Below are positions 1 through 10,800 of a stretch of 64,000 nt of DNA, one piece after another. Made by a program: the position numbers and the translations under genes. Source of the stretch: Acidobacteriota bacterium (GTDB taxonomy: Bacteria; Acidobacteriota; UBA890; WLXD01); contig CBDBHB010000009.1 of NCBI GenBank assembly GCA_965205505.1, forward strand, positions 2,720,001 through 2,784,000, written 5' to 3'. Numbering within the stretch: position 1 is the stretch's first letter; every line of letters begins with the position of its first letter. The notes under the pieces were generated by a model, which was not told the origin of the DNA, did not search any database, and saw only the letters and a program-made list of their open reading frames with translations.

Positions 1-833
1 TGCTCCCGCTGTAGCCGGGCTGTGCTGGCGGTGCTATCGGTGAGCGCGCTGTCGGCACGTCGCTGCTCGCGGTGCGCCGTTTCGAGCTCGGCACGCAGGT
101 CGTTGACGCGGGTGCGGAGCTCGTTGATACGTATCTCGCGCATGTTCAGTTGCTCTTGCAGCGCCCCGGATGTGGTCTCCTGTGCCGGAGACGACTCGGG
201 CGCCGCTGCCGCCTCGAGCTCCTTAAACTTCGCCTCACTGCATCGCAGCTGTTCCTCGAGAGGCTCGAGCTCGATCATGCGGCCTTCCAGCTTGACGATA
301 TGCGCAGCACGCTCATCGACGGCGCTCCGAAGGCTCCCGACCTCTGAGCGTAGGGAGACCAGTGCCGACGCTTTCTCGCGTAGCTCCGTTTCTACTGCGG
401 CGCGCAATCGGCGCTCGTTGGCGAGGTCGGCACGGGCATCCCGCCGTTGCCGCGCGTCCTCGAGAACCTCCACCGCGGCTCCGCCCCGCGGGCGCTCGGG
501 AATCGTTTCGGGTACCGGTTGACTCATCGCTGCCGCCAGCTGCGCCCGCCCCCGCGGGGCCTCCGGCGTGGCGGCCGTTGTTGTCTCGTCGAGCTTGGCC
601 TCGAGGCTCCGGTTCGTGTTCTCCAGCGCGTCGCTGCGCGACCGCAGGCTCTCCACTTGCCGAGACAAACCCGACAGCTCGCGGTCTTTGACATCGACCG
701 TAGCGCTGAGGGTCTGGCGCAGATCTTCAGCCTGGTCGGTATCACGGAACCCCCGCATCGACCAGCCGAGGAACCAACCGGCCAGCGCGGCGAGCAGCAA
801 GCACAGACCGATCTGTAGCAATAGCCAAATCAT
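1..833 (-). CDS. Membrane-anchored coiled-coil protein (3' end outside window)
   Basis: Not in the ORF track. Hand translation from ATG at 833, which overlaps the upstream TGA as ATGA, gives MIWLLLQIGLCLLLAALAGWFLGW (TM helix) followed by long E/R/L-rich heptads. The frame appears open to the window edge. Confidence 0.75.
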   Translation of the reverse strand, partial: MIWLLLQIGLCLLLAALAGWFLGWSMRGFRDTDQAEDLRQTLSATVDVKDRELSGLSRQVESLRSRSDALENTNRSLEAKLDETTTAATPEAPRGRAQLAAAMSQPVPETIPERPRGGAAVEVLEDARQRRDARADLANERRLRAAVETELREKASALVSLRSEVGSLRSAVDERAAHIVKLEGRMIELEPLEEQLRCSEAKFKELEAAAAPESSPAQETTSGALQEQLNMREIRINELRTRVNDLRAELETAHREQRRADSALTDSTASTARLQRE

Positions 834-1528
834 GCGTCGCCTCCGCCGGCTGCGCCGCCACGGGCGTTGAACAGTTCGAAGCGCCAGTGTAGCCCGGGGA
901 TCGACGCCGCTAATTCGTCGATGCGTCGTCGCTCAGCATTGCCGCGTACGCGTCCGCCGAGGATGGCCTGGTCGCCACGGACGCTGAGCCGGCCCGTATC
1001 CGACAGGGCGTTCATGATCCGCACCAATGCGTTGGCATTGAGCATCCAATCGTTCGGTTCGAGCTGGTTATCGATGCGCAGGTCGGAGCGCACGCGGCCG
1101 GCGCCGAATATATGTTCCGCGGCGACGACGAGGTTCTGTGCGTCGGTGTCGGACACACGTCCGGAGACGACGAGCATCGAGCCCAGTCGCTGCAGTCGCA
1201 GTTCGGCAAGCGCCACGCGACGCGGCGTGGGCGTGGACGCGATCACTCGCTCGACGACGAGCCGGTCGCGCACCGCACGCACACCGGGCACGGCGCCGAC
1301 GATCGCGACGATGCGTTCAGCCTGGTCGCTCGACGGCACGAAGCCACCCAGGACCGCGTCGCGACCGTCGAATTTCAGTCCATAGTAGGCAACGCCGGCG
1401 CTGGCCAGTGCGGCCTGCGTACGCCTTAGTAGGTCGGCCTGGATGCCGCCCACCGTTACCACGACACTCAGGATCAGGGTCCCGATGAGCATGAGTGTGA
1501 TGGTACCGAACCGCGCCCGCTCTCTCAT
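830..1528 (-). CDS. BON-domain membrane protein (ArfA/OsmY-like BON repeats, no OmpA C-terminal domain seen)
   Basis: N-terminal TM helix; BON-like motif DGRDAVLGG...AVPGVRAVRDRL; further BON-like repeats follow. Confidence 0.7.
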   Translation of the reverse strand: MRERARFGTITLMLIGTLILSVVVTVGGIQADLLRRTQAALASAGVAYYGLKFDGRDAVLGGFVPSSDQAERIVAIVGAVPGVRAVRDRLVVERVIASTPTPRRVALAELRLQRLGSMLVVSGRVSDTDAQNLVVAAEHIFGAGRVRSDLRIDNQLEPNDWMLNANALVRIMNALSDTGRLSVRGDQAILGGRVRGNAERRRIDELAASIPGLHWRFELFNARGGAAGGGDA

Positions 1529-1938
1529 GGCGATACCTCAGGCTCGGCGAGCTCCAAAGCCCGGCGGCGCCCAGGCAACATCAATCCGGCGGCCAGGAGC
1601 GCCAGCCCGGCGCCCAGCGCCGCCGCAAGCAGCATCAGCTGTGCGGGAGTCACGCCCTCGTGGTTGTTGAAGCGGATTCTGAGCTCGTCAGGGTCAACCG
1701 GAACATGCCCCGGTCCTTGGCGTAACTCGCCGTCCTGGGCCACCTGCAACAGGGGCTGGTCCTGCAAATAGACTTCGACCCGCGAGCCCGCTTCGCCGAG
1801 GCTCGGGGCGTCCTCGAGCAACGGCCAATAGGCATCTTCACGTAGCGGGTTCGATACCTGTATGGCCATGGCTACCGCTATCGCCAGACAGACGCCGGCG
1901 GGCACCAGCAATGCGACTCTCGACGGCGTGCGACTCAT
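1525..1938 (-). CDS. Hypothetical membrane protein (2 TM)
   Basis: Hydrophobic N- and C-terminal segments; its stop overlaps the start of the BON gene (ATGA). Confidence 0.65.
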   Translation of the reverse strand: MSRTPSRVALLVPAGVCLAIAVAMAIQVSNPLREDAYWPLLEDAPSLGEAGSRVEVYLQDQPLLQVAQDGELRQGPGHVPVDPDELRIRFNNHEGVTPAQLMLLAAALGAGLALLAAGLMLPGRRRALELAEPEVSP

Positions 1939-1943
1939 CGGCC

Positions 1944-2222
1944 CTAGCAGGCCGTGGTGAAAGTGTGGTGGGTCTGGTTACGGCGAGTTGGGGCCAGATG
2001 CAAGGCGGCCTGACACGGGCGATACCCTAGCCATCGTCGAGGAAGGCCAACGCTGCAGATGGCCCCAACTCGCCGTAACCCTTCGGGCGACAGGGGGTTG
2101 CGCGCGTATGCTGCGTCGTTCCTCGTCAACGATGGGGTAACCATCGCCTCCTCCTCTCTCCTTGCCTCCACTTCGCAAGACCCTGTCGCCAGATCCACCG
2201 CACTTTCACCACGGCCTGCTAG
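1944..2222. mobile_element. MITE-like structured element E1 (279 bp, CTAG ends, 34-bp TIR, two inverted internal modules)
   Basis: CTAGCAGGCCGTGGTGAAAGTGTGGTGGGTCTGG at 1944 pairs 32/34 with 2189-2222. Contains a perfect 21-bp internal stem and a central CCTTCGGG. Related copies at 14297, 25429, 42484 and 43844. Confidence 0.85.
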
Positions 2223-2477
2223 CCCCTTCAGTGTCCAATCCATGGGATTCTGACCACCCTTGTACCTTATCCGACTCGGGACCGTTTTTCCTGGCGTCCG
2301 GCCGTACGCAGCGTCGCGCGTCCGCCTGTTCGCCGCCACCGAACAGCGAACAATTACAGGGAAAAGTCCGTACAATGAGGTTTTCCGCGAGTCGGAAGCC
2401 CTACGGACTGGCTGGTGCCGGCGATCGTCGTGGCTCTGCCTCGGACGGAAGATCCAGCCAGGCCGCAGGAGCAGGTG

Positions 2478-3905
<1,428 letters not shown>

Positions 3906-3930
3906 GGCCACCGGTCGGACGTCGCGACGC

Positions 3931-4113
3931 TCAGTCGACGCAGGACCGATACCAGCCGCACGCTAAGCAAATTTGCTTGCAGTGCTGCTCATGAATCGCC
4001 TGAATGCCACACCAGGGGCACGGCCGCGGAGTGTTCACCGACGGATGCGTCTGCCAGTCGAAGCTCTCTTCAGCCTCTGGTTGTTTTTTCAGCTGCGGCT
4101 CGGTAACGCTCAC
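3931..4113 (-). CDS. Small Cys-rich zinc-finger protein (HVO_2523-like)
   Basis: CPWCG...HCKQICLACGWYRSCVD; GTG start overlaps the stop of the SDR gene (GTGA). Confidence 0.65.
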   Translation of the reverse strand: MSVTEPQLKKQPEAEESFDWQTHPSVNTPRPCPWCGIQAIHEQHCKQICLACGWYRSCVD

Positions 4114-4787
4114 CACGGAAGCTCTTTCCCGGAGAAATCGAAGAAGCCGCCGTTGTCGTCGTCGCCGAGTCCGTCGATCAGGCGAACAAGCCCGGCCGCG
4201 CTCTCGCGAATCGACGTCGGAGCGGCCGACCCTCCCATGTCCGTTTGCACCCATCCGGGGTGCAGAACGGCGCATATGAAGCCCTCTTCGGCCAGATCGA
4301 CCGACAGGCTGCGATTGAGCATATTGAGCGCCGCCTTGCTGGCCCGGTACGCATAGGAACCACCGCTGGTGTTGTCGCTGATGCTGCCCATCCGGCTCGT
4401 GAGGTGCATTACCTTGCGTGCTTTGCCGCGGCGTAGATGCGGCAACAGAGCTTCGGTGACGCGCATCGCTCCGACCGCGTTGGTATCGAAAAACCGCAAC
4501 ATCTTGTCGAAGTCGAGGTCGCCGAGCGGCCGGCCCCGGACACCGACACCGGCGTTGTTCACCAGCACGTCGAGAGCGCCAGGCTCCAGAGCTGCCGCGA
4601 GTCCGCCAACCTGGTCGGCGTTGGTGACATCGAGTGGCTCGACGCGTACGTCGAGGGAGCGCAACTCATCGGCCGCATCGGGGTTGCGGGCCGTCGCCAC
4701 GACCCGATCGCCTCGCTGCGACATCTGACGTGCGATCTCGAGCCCGACGCCGCGATTGGCACCGGTGATCAGAACATCCAAAGCCAT
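4110..4787 (-). CDS. SDR oxidoreductase (CsgA/C-factor-like)
   Basis: TGANRGVG, NNAG, YRASK and HPGWVQTDMGG motifs. Confidence 0.92.
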   Translation of the reverse strand: MALDVLITGANRGVGLEIARQMSQRGDRVVATARNPDAADELRSLDVRVEPLDVTNADQVGGLAAALEPGALDVLVNNAGVGVRGRPLGDLDFDKMLRFFDTNAVGAMRVTEALLPHLRRGKARKVMHLTSRMGSISDNTSGGSYAYRASKAALNMLNRSLSVDLAEEGFICAVLHPGWVQTDMGGSAAPTSIRESAAGLVRLIDGLGDDDNGGFFDFSGKELPW

Positions 4788-4894
4788 TGTTCACCCTCCC
4801 AGTCGACTCACGGCGCCATAACTCCACCCCGCTGTGCCGTTGCAAGGCTCCAGTTTATTGCCCGTCCGCCGACGGCACTACAGGGGGCGGCCGG

Positions 4895-5998
4895 CTAATC
4901 GACGAGCTCGAAGAGGCGCATTTGTGGCAACGAGCTCGCTTGCGCCTCGGCGCCCTCGGGAAGCTCCTCGAGCCTCCCGAGGTTGGCGACCCCGAGCCCG
5001 ATCAGGCGGATTCCGGTCCCCGGTTGCAGCTCAACACGGCGGGCCAGCTGACGCGCGATGGTGCGTAGCTCCTCGCTGCTGCGTACCGGGTCGCCGGGCG
5101 TCAGCGAGCGAGTCACGGTGCGAAAGTCATGGAAACGTACCTTGAGCACGACGGTACGCGCCCAGAGGTCTCGACGCTCCAGCGATGCAGAGATTTGCTC
5201 GGCGAAGCGACGAACATGCGGGGCCGCCTCTCGCCAGCTGCGGATGTCCCGGTCGAACGTGGTCTCGGCGGAGATTGACTTCGGTCGCCCCGGCTTGGAC
5301 ACCGGTCGCGTATCAATGCCGCGCGCCAGCTCGCCGATGCGCACACCGCTCTTGCCCAGGAGCTCCCGTAGCCGCTCCGCATCGGCGGCGGCCAAGTCGC
5401 CGATGCGCGGCAGCCCGGCGTCTCGTAGCCGCGATGCGGTGGAAGGCCCGATACCCCAGATGCGATCGACGTCGAGCGGGGCGAGGAAATCGACCGCATC
5501 CGCATCGGCGATTTCCGTCAGCCCGTCCGGCTTGTCGTAATCGGAGGCGAGCTTGGCCAGGAACTTGTTGCTTGCCACGCCAGCCGAGACTGTCAGTCCG
5601 GATCGGGCAAGAACATCCCGGCGGATGATCGCGGCAATCTCGACGCCGCGTTCGCGGCGCTCCGAGACATCGAGGTAGGCCTCGTCGAGAGACAGTGGCT
5701 GCATGAGGTCCGTCCACTCTCGGTAGATCTCGAACACCAACCGCGACAGCTCACGGTAACGGTCGAATCGGGGCCGCAGATAGATTCCGTCCGGACAGCG
5801 GCGCCGAGCAATCGCCATCGGTAGTGCCGAGTGAACACCGATGGCGCGCGCCTCGTACGAGGCCGATGCCACAACGCCGCGCCGTCCGAGGCCGCCGACG
5901 ATGACCGGCTTGCCGGCAAGTTGCGGATCGTCGAGAACCTCGACGGAGGGGTAGAAGGCATCGAGGTCCAGGTGCAGGATCTTTCTCGACATGGGCAT
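4895..5998 (-). CDS. dinB: DNA polymerase IV
   Basis: HLDLDAFYPSVE, ASYEAR, SLDEAYLD and KLASDYDKPDG motifs. Start could be 5992, 5998 or 6004. Confidence 0.95.
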   Translation of the reverse strand: MPMSRKILHLDLDAFYPSVEVLDDPQLAGKPVIVGGLGRRGVVASASYEARAIGVHSALPMAIARRRCPDGIYLRPRFDRYRELSRLVFEIYREWTDLMQPLSLDEAYLDVSERRERGVEIAAIIRRDVLARSGLTVSAGVASNKFLAKLASDYDKPDGLTEIADADAVDFLAPLDVDRIWGIGPSTASRLRDAGLPRIGDLAAADAERLRELLGKSGVRIGELARGIDTRPVSKPGRPKSISAETTFDRDIRSWREAAPHVRRFAEQISASLERRDLWARTVVLKVRFHDFRTVTRSLTPGDPVRSSEELRTIARQLARRVELQPGTGIRLIGLGVANLGRLEELPEGAEAQASSLPQMRLFELVD

Positions 5999-6027
5999 CG
6001 CCATCGTATCAACGAGTGGATGCGGAC

Positions 6028-7103
6028 ATGATGAATCTGGACGACCTCCCGACACCGGCGCTAATCGTCGACCTTGACAAGCTCGAGGGCAACATCAGCT
6101 CGATGGCCGGGCGCGCACGGCAGCTCGGCGTGTCGCTGCGTCCCCACGTCAAGACCCACAAGTGCATCGAGATCGGCAAGCTGCAAGTGGATGCGGGCGC
6201 GGGCGGAATCACCGCAGCGACGCTTTACGAAGCCGAGGTATTTGCCGATGCTGGATTCGACGACATCACCTGGGCGTTCCCGCTGATTCTGTCGCGCATT
6301 CCGCAAGCGCTGGTGCTGGCGCAGCGCGTTGAGCTCGGTGTTGTCGTTGACTCCATGCATGCGGCGCAGGCGCTGGCAGCAACCAAGCATCCGTTCAAGA
6401 CCTGGATCAAGGTCGATTGCGGCTACGGTCGTTCCGGCATCGATCCTGCCGCCGACATGGCCGAACGTCTCGTCGGCCTGATCGAGGCCGAGCGACTGCG
6501 CTTCGCCGGCCTGTTGTCTCATTCCGGCGATGCCTACGATCACGACACCGTCGAGGGGCGTGCCGCCGCCGCCGAGCAGGAGCGCCGGGTCCAGGTTGAG
6601 GTTGCTGACCGACTTCGCGCGGCGGGCTACGAAGTTCCAGCGCTTAGCGTGGGCTCGACCCCATCGATGACCGCGGTCCGCGACCTCGATGGGGTTACCG
6701 AGGCACGCGCCGGCAACTACGCGTACTTCGACCTGATGCAGGTGCGTCTGGGCTCGTGCACCGTGGCCGAATGTGCCCTGACAGTTGTCAGCAGCGTGGT
6801 CTCGTCGAGTCGTGACCACGCGGTTGTCGACGCCGCGCGTTGGCCCTCTCCCAGGATCCCGGCCTTCCACCTGCGAGCATGGGCGCGATCTACGAAGACT
6901 ACGAGGCCGGGACCCTCGATGACGATCTGCAGGTCGTCTCATTGAGCCAAGAGCACGGCAAGCTGTCGCAGCCTCGACCAGTCGGCAGACGTCTCCGGAT
7001 CCTACCGAACCACGCCGGTCTGACCGCCGCATGCTTTCCCGAGTGCTACGTGGTACGCGGACAGCGTGTAGTCGATCGGTGGCGGGTATGGAACGGACGC
7101 TAG
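6028..7103 (+). pseudogene. D-threonine aldolase/D-serine dehydratase-like fold-type III PLP enzyme, frameshifted near 6836
   Basis: LPTPAL, RPHVKTHK, GNYAYFD. Continues in another frame (ALSQD...SLSQEHG...ILPNHAGLT). A one-base loss at GACGCCGCGCG (expected DAGAL) could be a real lesion or a consensus error. Confidence 0.8.
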
Positions 7104-7120
7104 CAGGCTGTCCGACTGCA
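7100..7120. repeat. Possible terminal remnant of the CTAG element family
   Basis: CTAGCAGGCTGT begins exactly at the TAG stop of the upstream gene; no matching right end found. Confidence 0.4.
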
Positions 7121-7366
7121 CCGCAGGCGGTGCAAACCGCTCAGAGTCCCCCGCTGGCGCACGACCTGCCCGAGGACCGTCGCTTTTCAACAACGGTTTC
7201 CACAAGTTCAGTGAACAACGGGTTCACCGGATAAATCGACAGGATCCAGAGAATTATCCTGCACCAGACGAAGAGGTCGCCGTCGCCAACGGAGTATCGT
7301 GATCCTGGAGCTCAGGCACCGGCTCGGGGCCGAGCCAGGATCACCGCAACCAGGAACCGAGGCAAC

Positions 7367-9357
7367 TTGTATCGACAGCCGGGATTGGGAGCGGCCAGTA
7401 GCTCGCTTCTCTTGTTTGCATTAGCGACGTGGGCCATGACATCGGGCCACTCACTCGCCGAGCAGGAGGAGGTCGAGGTACGACATCCGCTCGACCCACT
7501 CACGGAGCGCGAGTACACCACCGTTAGGCTCGGCCTGAGACGCAGTGAGCATGTCGGCCCGATGGCGCGCTATCCGTTGGTCACTCTCCACGAGCCACCG
7601 AAGGCGGACGTCCTGCGATGGCAGTCCGGCGAGACCATCGACCGACCGCAAGGCGTTCGTGATTGTCAAGCAACGCCGGCGCCGTGGTCGACGCAGCCAG
7701 CAGCGAAGTGCTGTCGTGGACTCCGATCGAGGGTGTGCAGCCCGGCGTACTCATGACCGAGGAATGGAGCCTGGCCGTAGCGTTGGTGCTCAGGGATCCC
7801 GAGTGGCAGGCGGCAATCGGCGCACGAGGGATCACGGATCTGCGGCGTGTTGTCTGCACTCCGCTGACGGTGGGCAACTTCGGCCCCCAAGAGCACCCGC
7901 GCCGGCGGCTCGCCAAGGTCATCTGCTTTGACGCCCGCGGCATAGGCAACTACTGGGGACGGCCGATCGAAGGGCTGATTGCGACCGTCGATCTGGTCAA
8001 GCGCACCGTCGAGCTAGTTGACACCGGGACCGTCCCGATGCCGCAATCCCCCGTAGACCTCGCCGGCGAATCCGTGGGCGAGCTCCGGACGCCACCGAAT
8101 CCGGTCGAGGCAACGCAGCCTCTGGGGCCGAGCTTCGAGCTCGATGGGCAGCGTGAGCTGGCAGAAGTGGCGTTTCCACTTCCGCATCGATCCACGCCTG
8201 GGTCCGGTGATCTCCACGGTGCGATACGAGGACGGCGGCAGGCTGCGGTCGATTCTGTACCAGGGCTCGCTATCGGAGCTGTTCGTTCCCTACATGTCGC
8301 CGGACGAGGGTTGGTACTTCAGAACCTACATGGGCGCCGGTGAGTACGGCGTGGGGAAGCTGGCATCGCCCCTCGAGCCAAACCTGGACTGCCCGCCCTG
8401 GGCAACCTTCTTTGATGCGGTGTTCGCCGACGACTGGGGTGATCCTTACACGACGCCACGCGCCGTCTGTCTGTTCGAGCGCAGTGCAGGCGATGTCGCC
8501 TGGCGGCACTACGAATCAGTCACTGGGCGCACGGAGGTCCGCAGGCGCACCGACCTGGTCCTGCGCTTCGTTCCCGCGGTCGGCAACTACGATTACGTGA
8601 TCGACTGGGTGTTCCGGCAGGACGGCACGCTGCAGGTGGACCTGGGCGCCAGCGGGATCGCCCAGGTCAAAGCGGTGGAAAGCCGGACGCTGGCCGAGGA
8701 TGAAGAGGGCCGCGACACCGCTTACGGACGCATGGTGGCGGAGCACACAGTTGCCATAAGCCACGACCACTTCTTCTCGTTCCGGCTCGACCTGGATGTC
8801 GACGGTACGGACAACAGCTTCCTGGTGGACCGCCTGCGGACGGTGAGGCCGCCGGGCGACACTCGGCGCCGAAGCGTCTGGGTGGTCGAGCCGGCGATCG
8901 CCGAATCCGAACATGCCGCAAGGATGCGAATCGACCTCGAGCGGCCGGCCCTGTGGCGGGTCATCAACCCCAACGTCCATGGGCCGCTCGGTTACCCGGT
9001 GAGCTACGAGCTGAAGCCACAGGCGAACGCCGTGTCGCTGATGAAGCCAAACGATCCTCCGCAGCGACGCGCCGGGTTCACCGACTTCCACGTCTGGGTA
9101 ACTCCCTACGAACCGGACGAGCTCTACGCTGCCGGCCGCTACCCGAACCAGAGCCCAGGCGGGAGTGGCCTCCCCGAGTGGACGAGCGCGGATCGGCAGA
9201 TTCGCAATACGGATCTGGTCGTCTGGTACACCATGTGGTCCGCGCCGAGGACTGGGCCGTGCTACCCACGACGCGGGGCGGCTTCGAGTTGCGGCCCTTT
9301 GACTTCTTCCCACGTAACCCGGCTCTCGACATTCCCGAACAGACCAAACAGAACTGA
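7367..9357 (+). pseudogene. Copper-containing primary amine oxidase (TynA-like), at least 4 frame disruptions
   Basis: HPLDPLT, GRPIEG, ELFVPY, VGNYDY (TPQ site), HDH copper ligands and HHVVRAEDW are spread over five reading-frame segments. Confidence 0.9.
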
Positions 9358-9451
9358 CGCGGGCCGCAAAATCGAGGCACGAGCGATGCAGGACGAAAGC
9401 GAGCAGCGAGCAGATCTTGGGGCAAGGAAGCTACAGTGTGCGCCGATCACG

Positions 9452-9619
9452 ATGGCGCTCCTGGTGCTCGTTCTCACGGCCGGCGTGGCCCACTCGCACG
9501 ACATATGGCTTCATGCCGACAGATTTCGGCTCGACGTCGGCGACACGCTGATCGTCCGGCAGCTACTCGGCGAGGAGCTCGACACCGACCTGTCGCGACC
9601 CGAGGCTACGCAGGAGCTG
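9452..9619 (+). pseudogene. DUF4198-family protein, N-terminal fragment
   Basis: Signal peptide followed by AHSHDIWL...FRLDVGDTLIVR, typical of a DUF4198 start; similarity ends at about QEL. Confidence 0.6.
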
Positions 9620-9874
9620 CACAAAGTCAAGAACGTAAGCGAGAGCTCCCTGGCCAGATTCATGGACAGGGGCGCGTGCCGGTTGACCGCATGCGCGTCC
9701 AACGAGGTTGATGGGGACGACGTCATCACGCAGTACGTCTTCTTGCCGGGTGGCTCGTGCGATGCCACCGACGCCAACGACGACGGCTGGTGCGATGCTA
9801 CTGGCGCTCCGAGCGAAGTTCCCGCTGCGCTGAGCGCGGTCGGCATAACGCCCGCGTGCACGCCCTCGCACTGA
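9620..9874 (+). pseudogene. Orphan 3' fragment of an unknown Cys/Asp-rich protein
   Basis: Coding-like frame HKVKNV...CDATDANDDGWCDATG...PSH fused in frame to the DUF4198 N-terminus. Confidence 0.4.
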
Positions 9875-9902
9875 GTAGGCGTAAGCGTATCCGGGGCGTG
9901 GC

Positions 9903-10547
9903 CTAGTCCAGTTCGAAGCTGTAGGCGGTCCAGGCGCTCTCCCAGTCGGCGTCTTCGCACTCGCCGTCCGTGCGCCCGGAGCACGGCCTCATGTTGACGA
10001 GGCGAACGAGCCATAGCCCCGCACCCGCGAGGTTGAAGCGCGCGATGCCTTCGGCGTCGGTGTGGGCCTGCTGCCTCGAAACTGGCGCGCCGCGTCCGGC
10101 GTTGAAGGCGTTCACCAGCTGGCCCTCGACCGGGGTTCCGTGCGCCAGCACCTGGACCTCGAGTGTATCGCCAGGGTCCAGGCGGTACGGGTTCTGTAGC
10201 AGCACGATCTCGATCCTCTGACCCAGGACCTGCCTGTGTAGCTCGCTCGGGATCGCGTCGGCGCCATCGCCTCCGACCTGCACAAGGCACTTGAGGGTGC
10301 GGACGTAGGCCTCAGTCTGTTCGGTCCTCGATCCCATCGCCCGCCGGTGTTCCTCAGTGTCGACGGCCTCGTGCTCCAGATACTCGACGAACTCCTCGTT
10401 GGTGAACTCGCTATAGATAGGGTAGTGCTCCATGGTCACCAGGGCCAGGCCCTCAAAGCCTACCGGGCGCTCGATTACCGGCGTGAGAGTGGTGCGATCC
10501 TGTATGTCCGCCAGCAGGTCGACCGCCCCCTGGTCGGTGATCATCGC
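9903..10547 (-). pseudogene. DUF4198-family protein, C-terminal part on the opposite strand
   Basis: EEFVEYLEHE, EAYVRTLKCLVQVG, GQRIEIVLLQNPY, TDAEGIARF, GLWLVRLVNM and WESAWTAYSF. No signal peptide, and an in-frame TAG lies just upstream. Confidence 0.75.
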
Positions 10548-10800
10548 GGCCTATTCTGTACCCGCTGAGCGTGCCTGGGCTGATGCCGAGCTCGCCGGCG
10601 AGAGTGCGCATGGAGGCCGGGTGATCGTCGATGAGGTCGCCGAGGTAGCCGCCGAACTGCCGGAGAGGGTAGGCGAGAGGGCGGGCGTACCCAAAGACGT
10701 AGTCGACACCTTCTGGCTCGTGAGCCTGGACCAACAGCGCGGCGGCGTTTATCGGTCCTGCTCGCCGTGCGACCCTGTCCGAAGCGTTTGGATCGGCATC
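10546..10800 (-). pseudogene. Truncated fragment containing an XRE-like HTH
   Basis: SMRTLAGELGISPGTLSGYRIGR, cut where the DUF4198 segment begins; start unclear. Confidence 0.4.

Noticed and set aside
1944-2375. ORFs within the repeat elements (also 17879-18166 and 25420-25665)
   Set aside because: No coding character or transposase motifs; they are by-products of GC-rich palindromes.
8144-9874. 576-aa amine oxidase fusion protein
   Set aside because: Artefact of a frameshift near 9232 that reads through into the DUF4198 N-terminus and the rearranged fragment.
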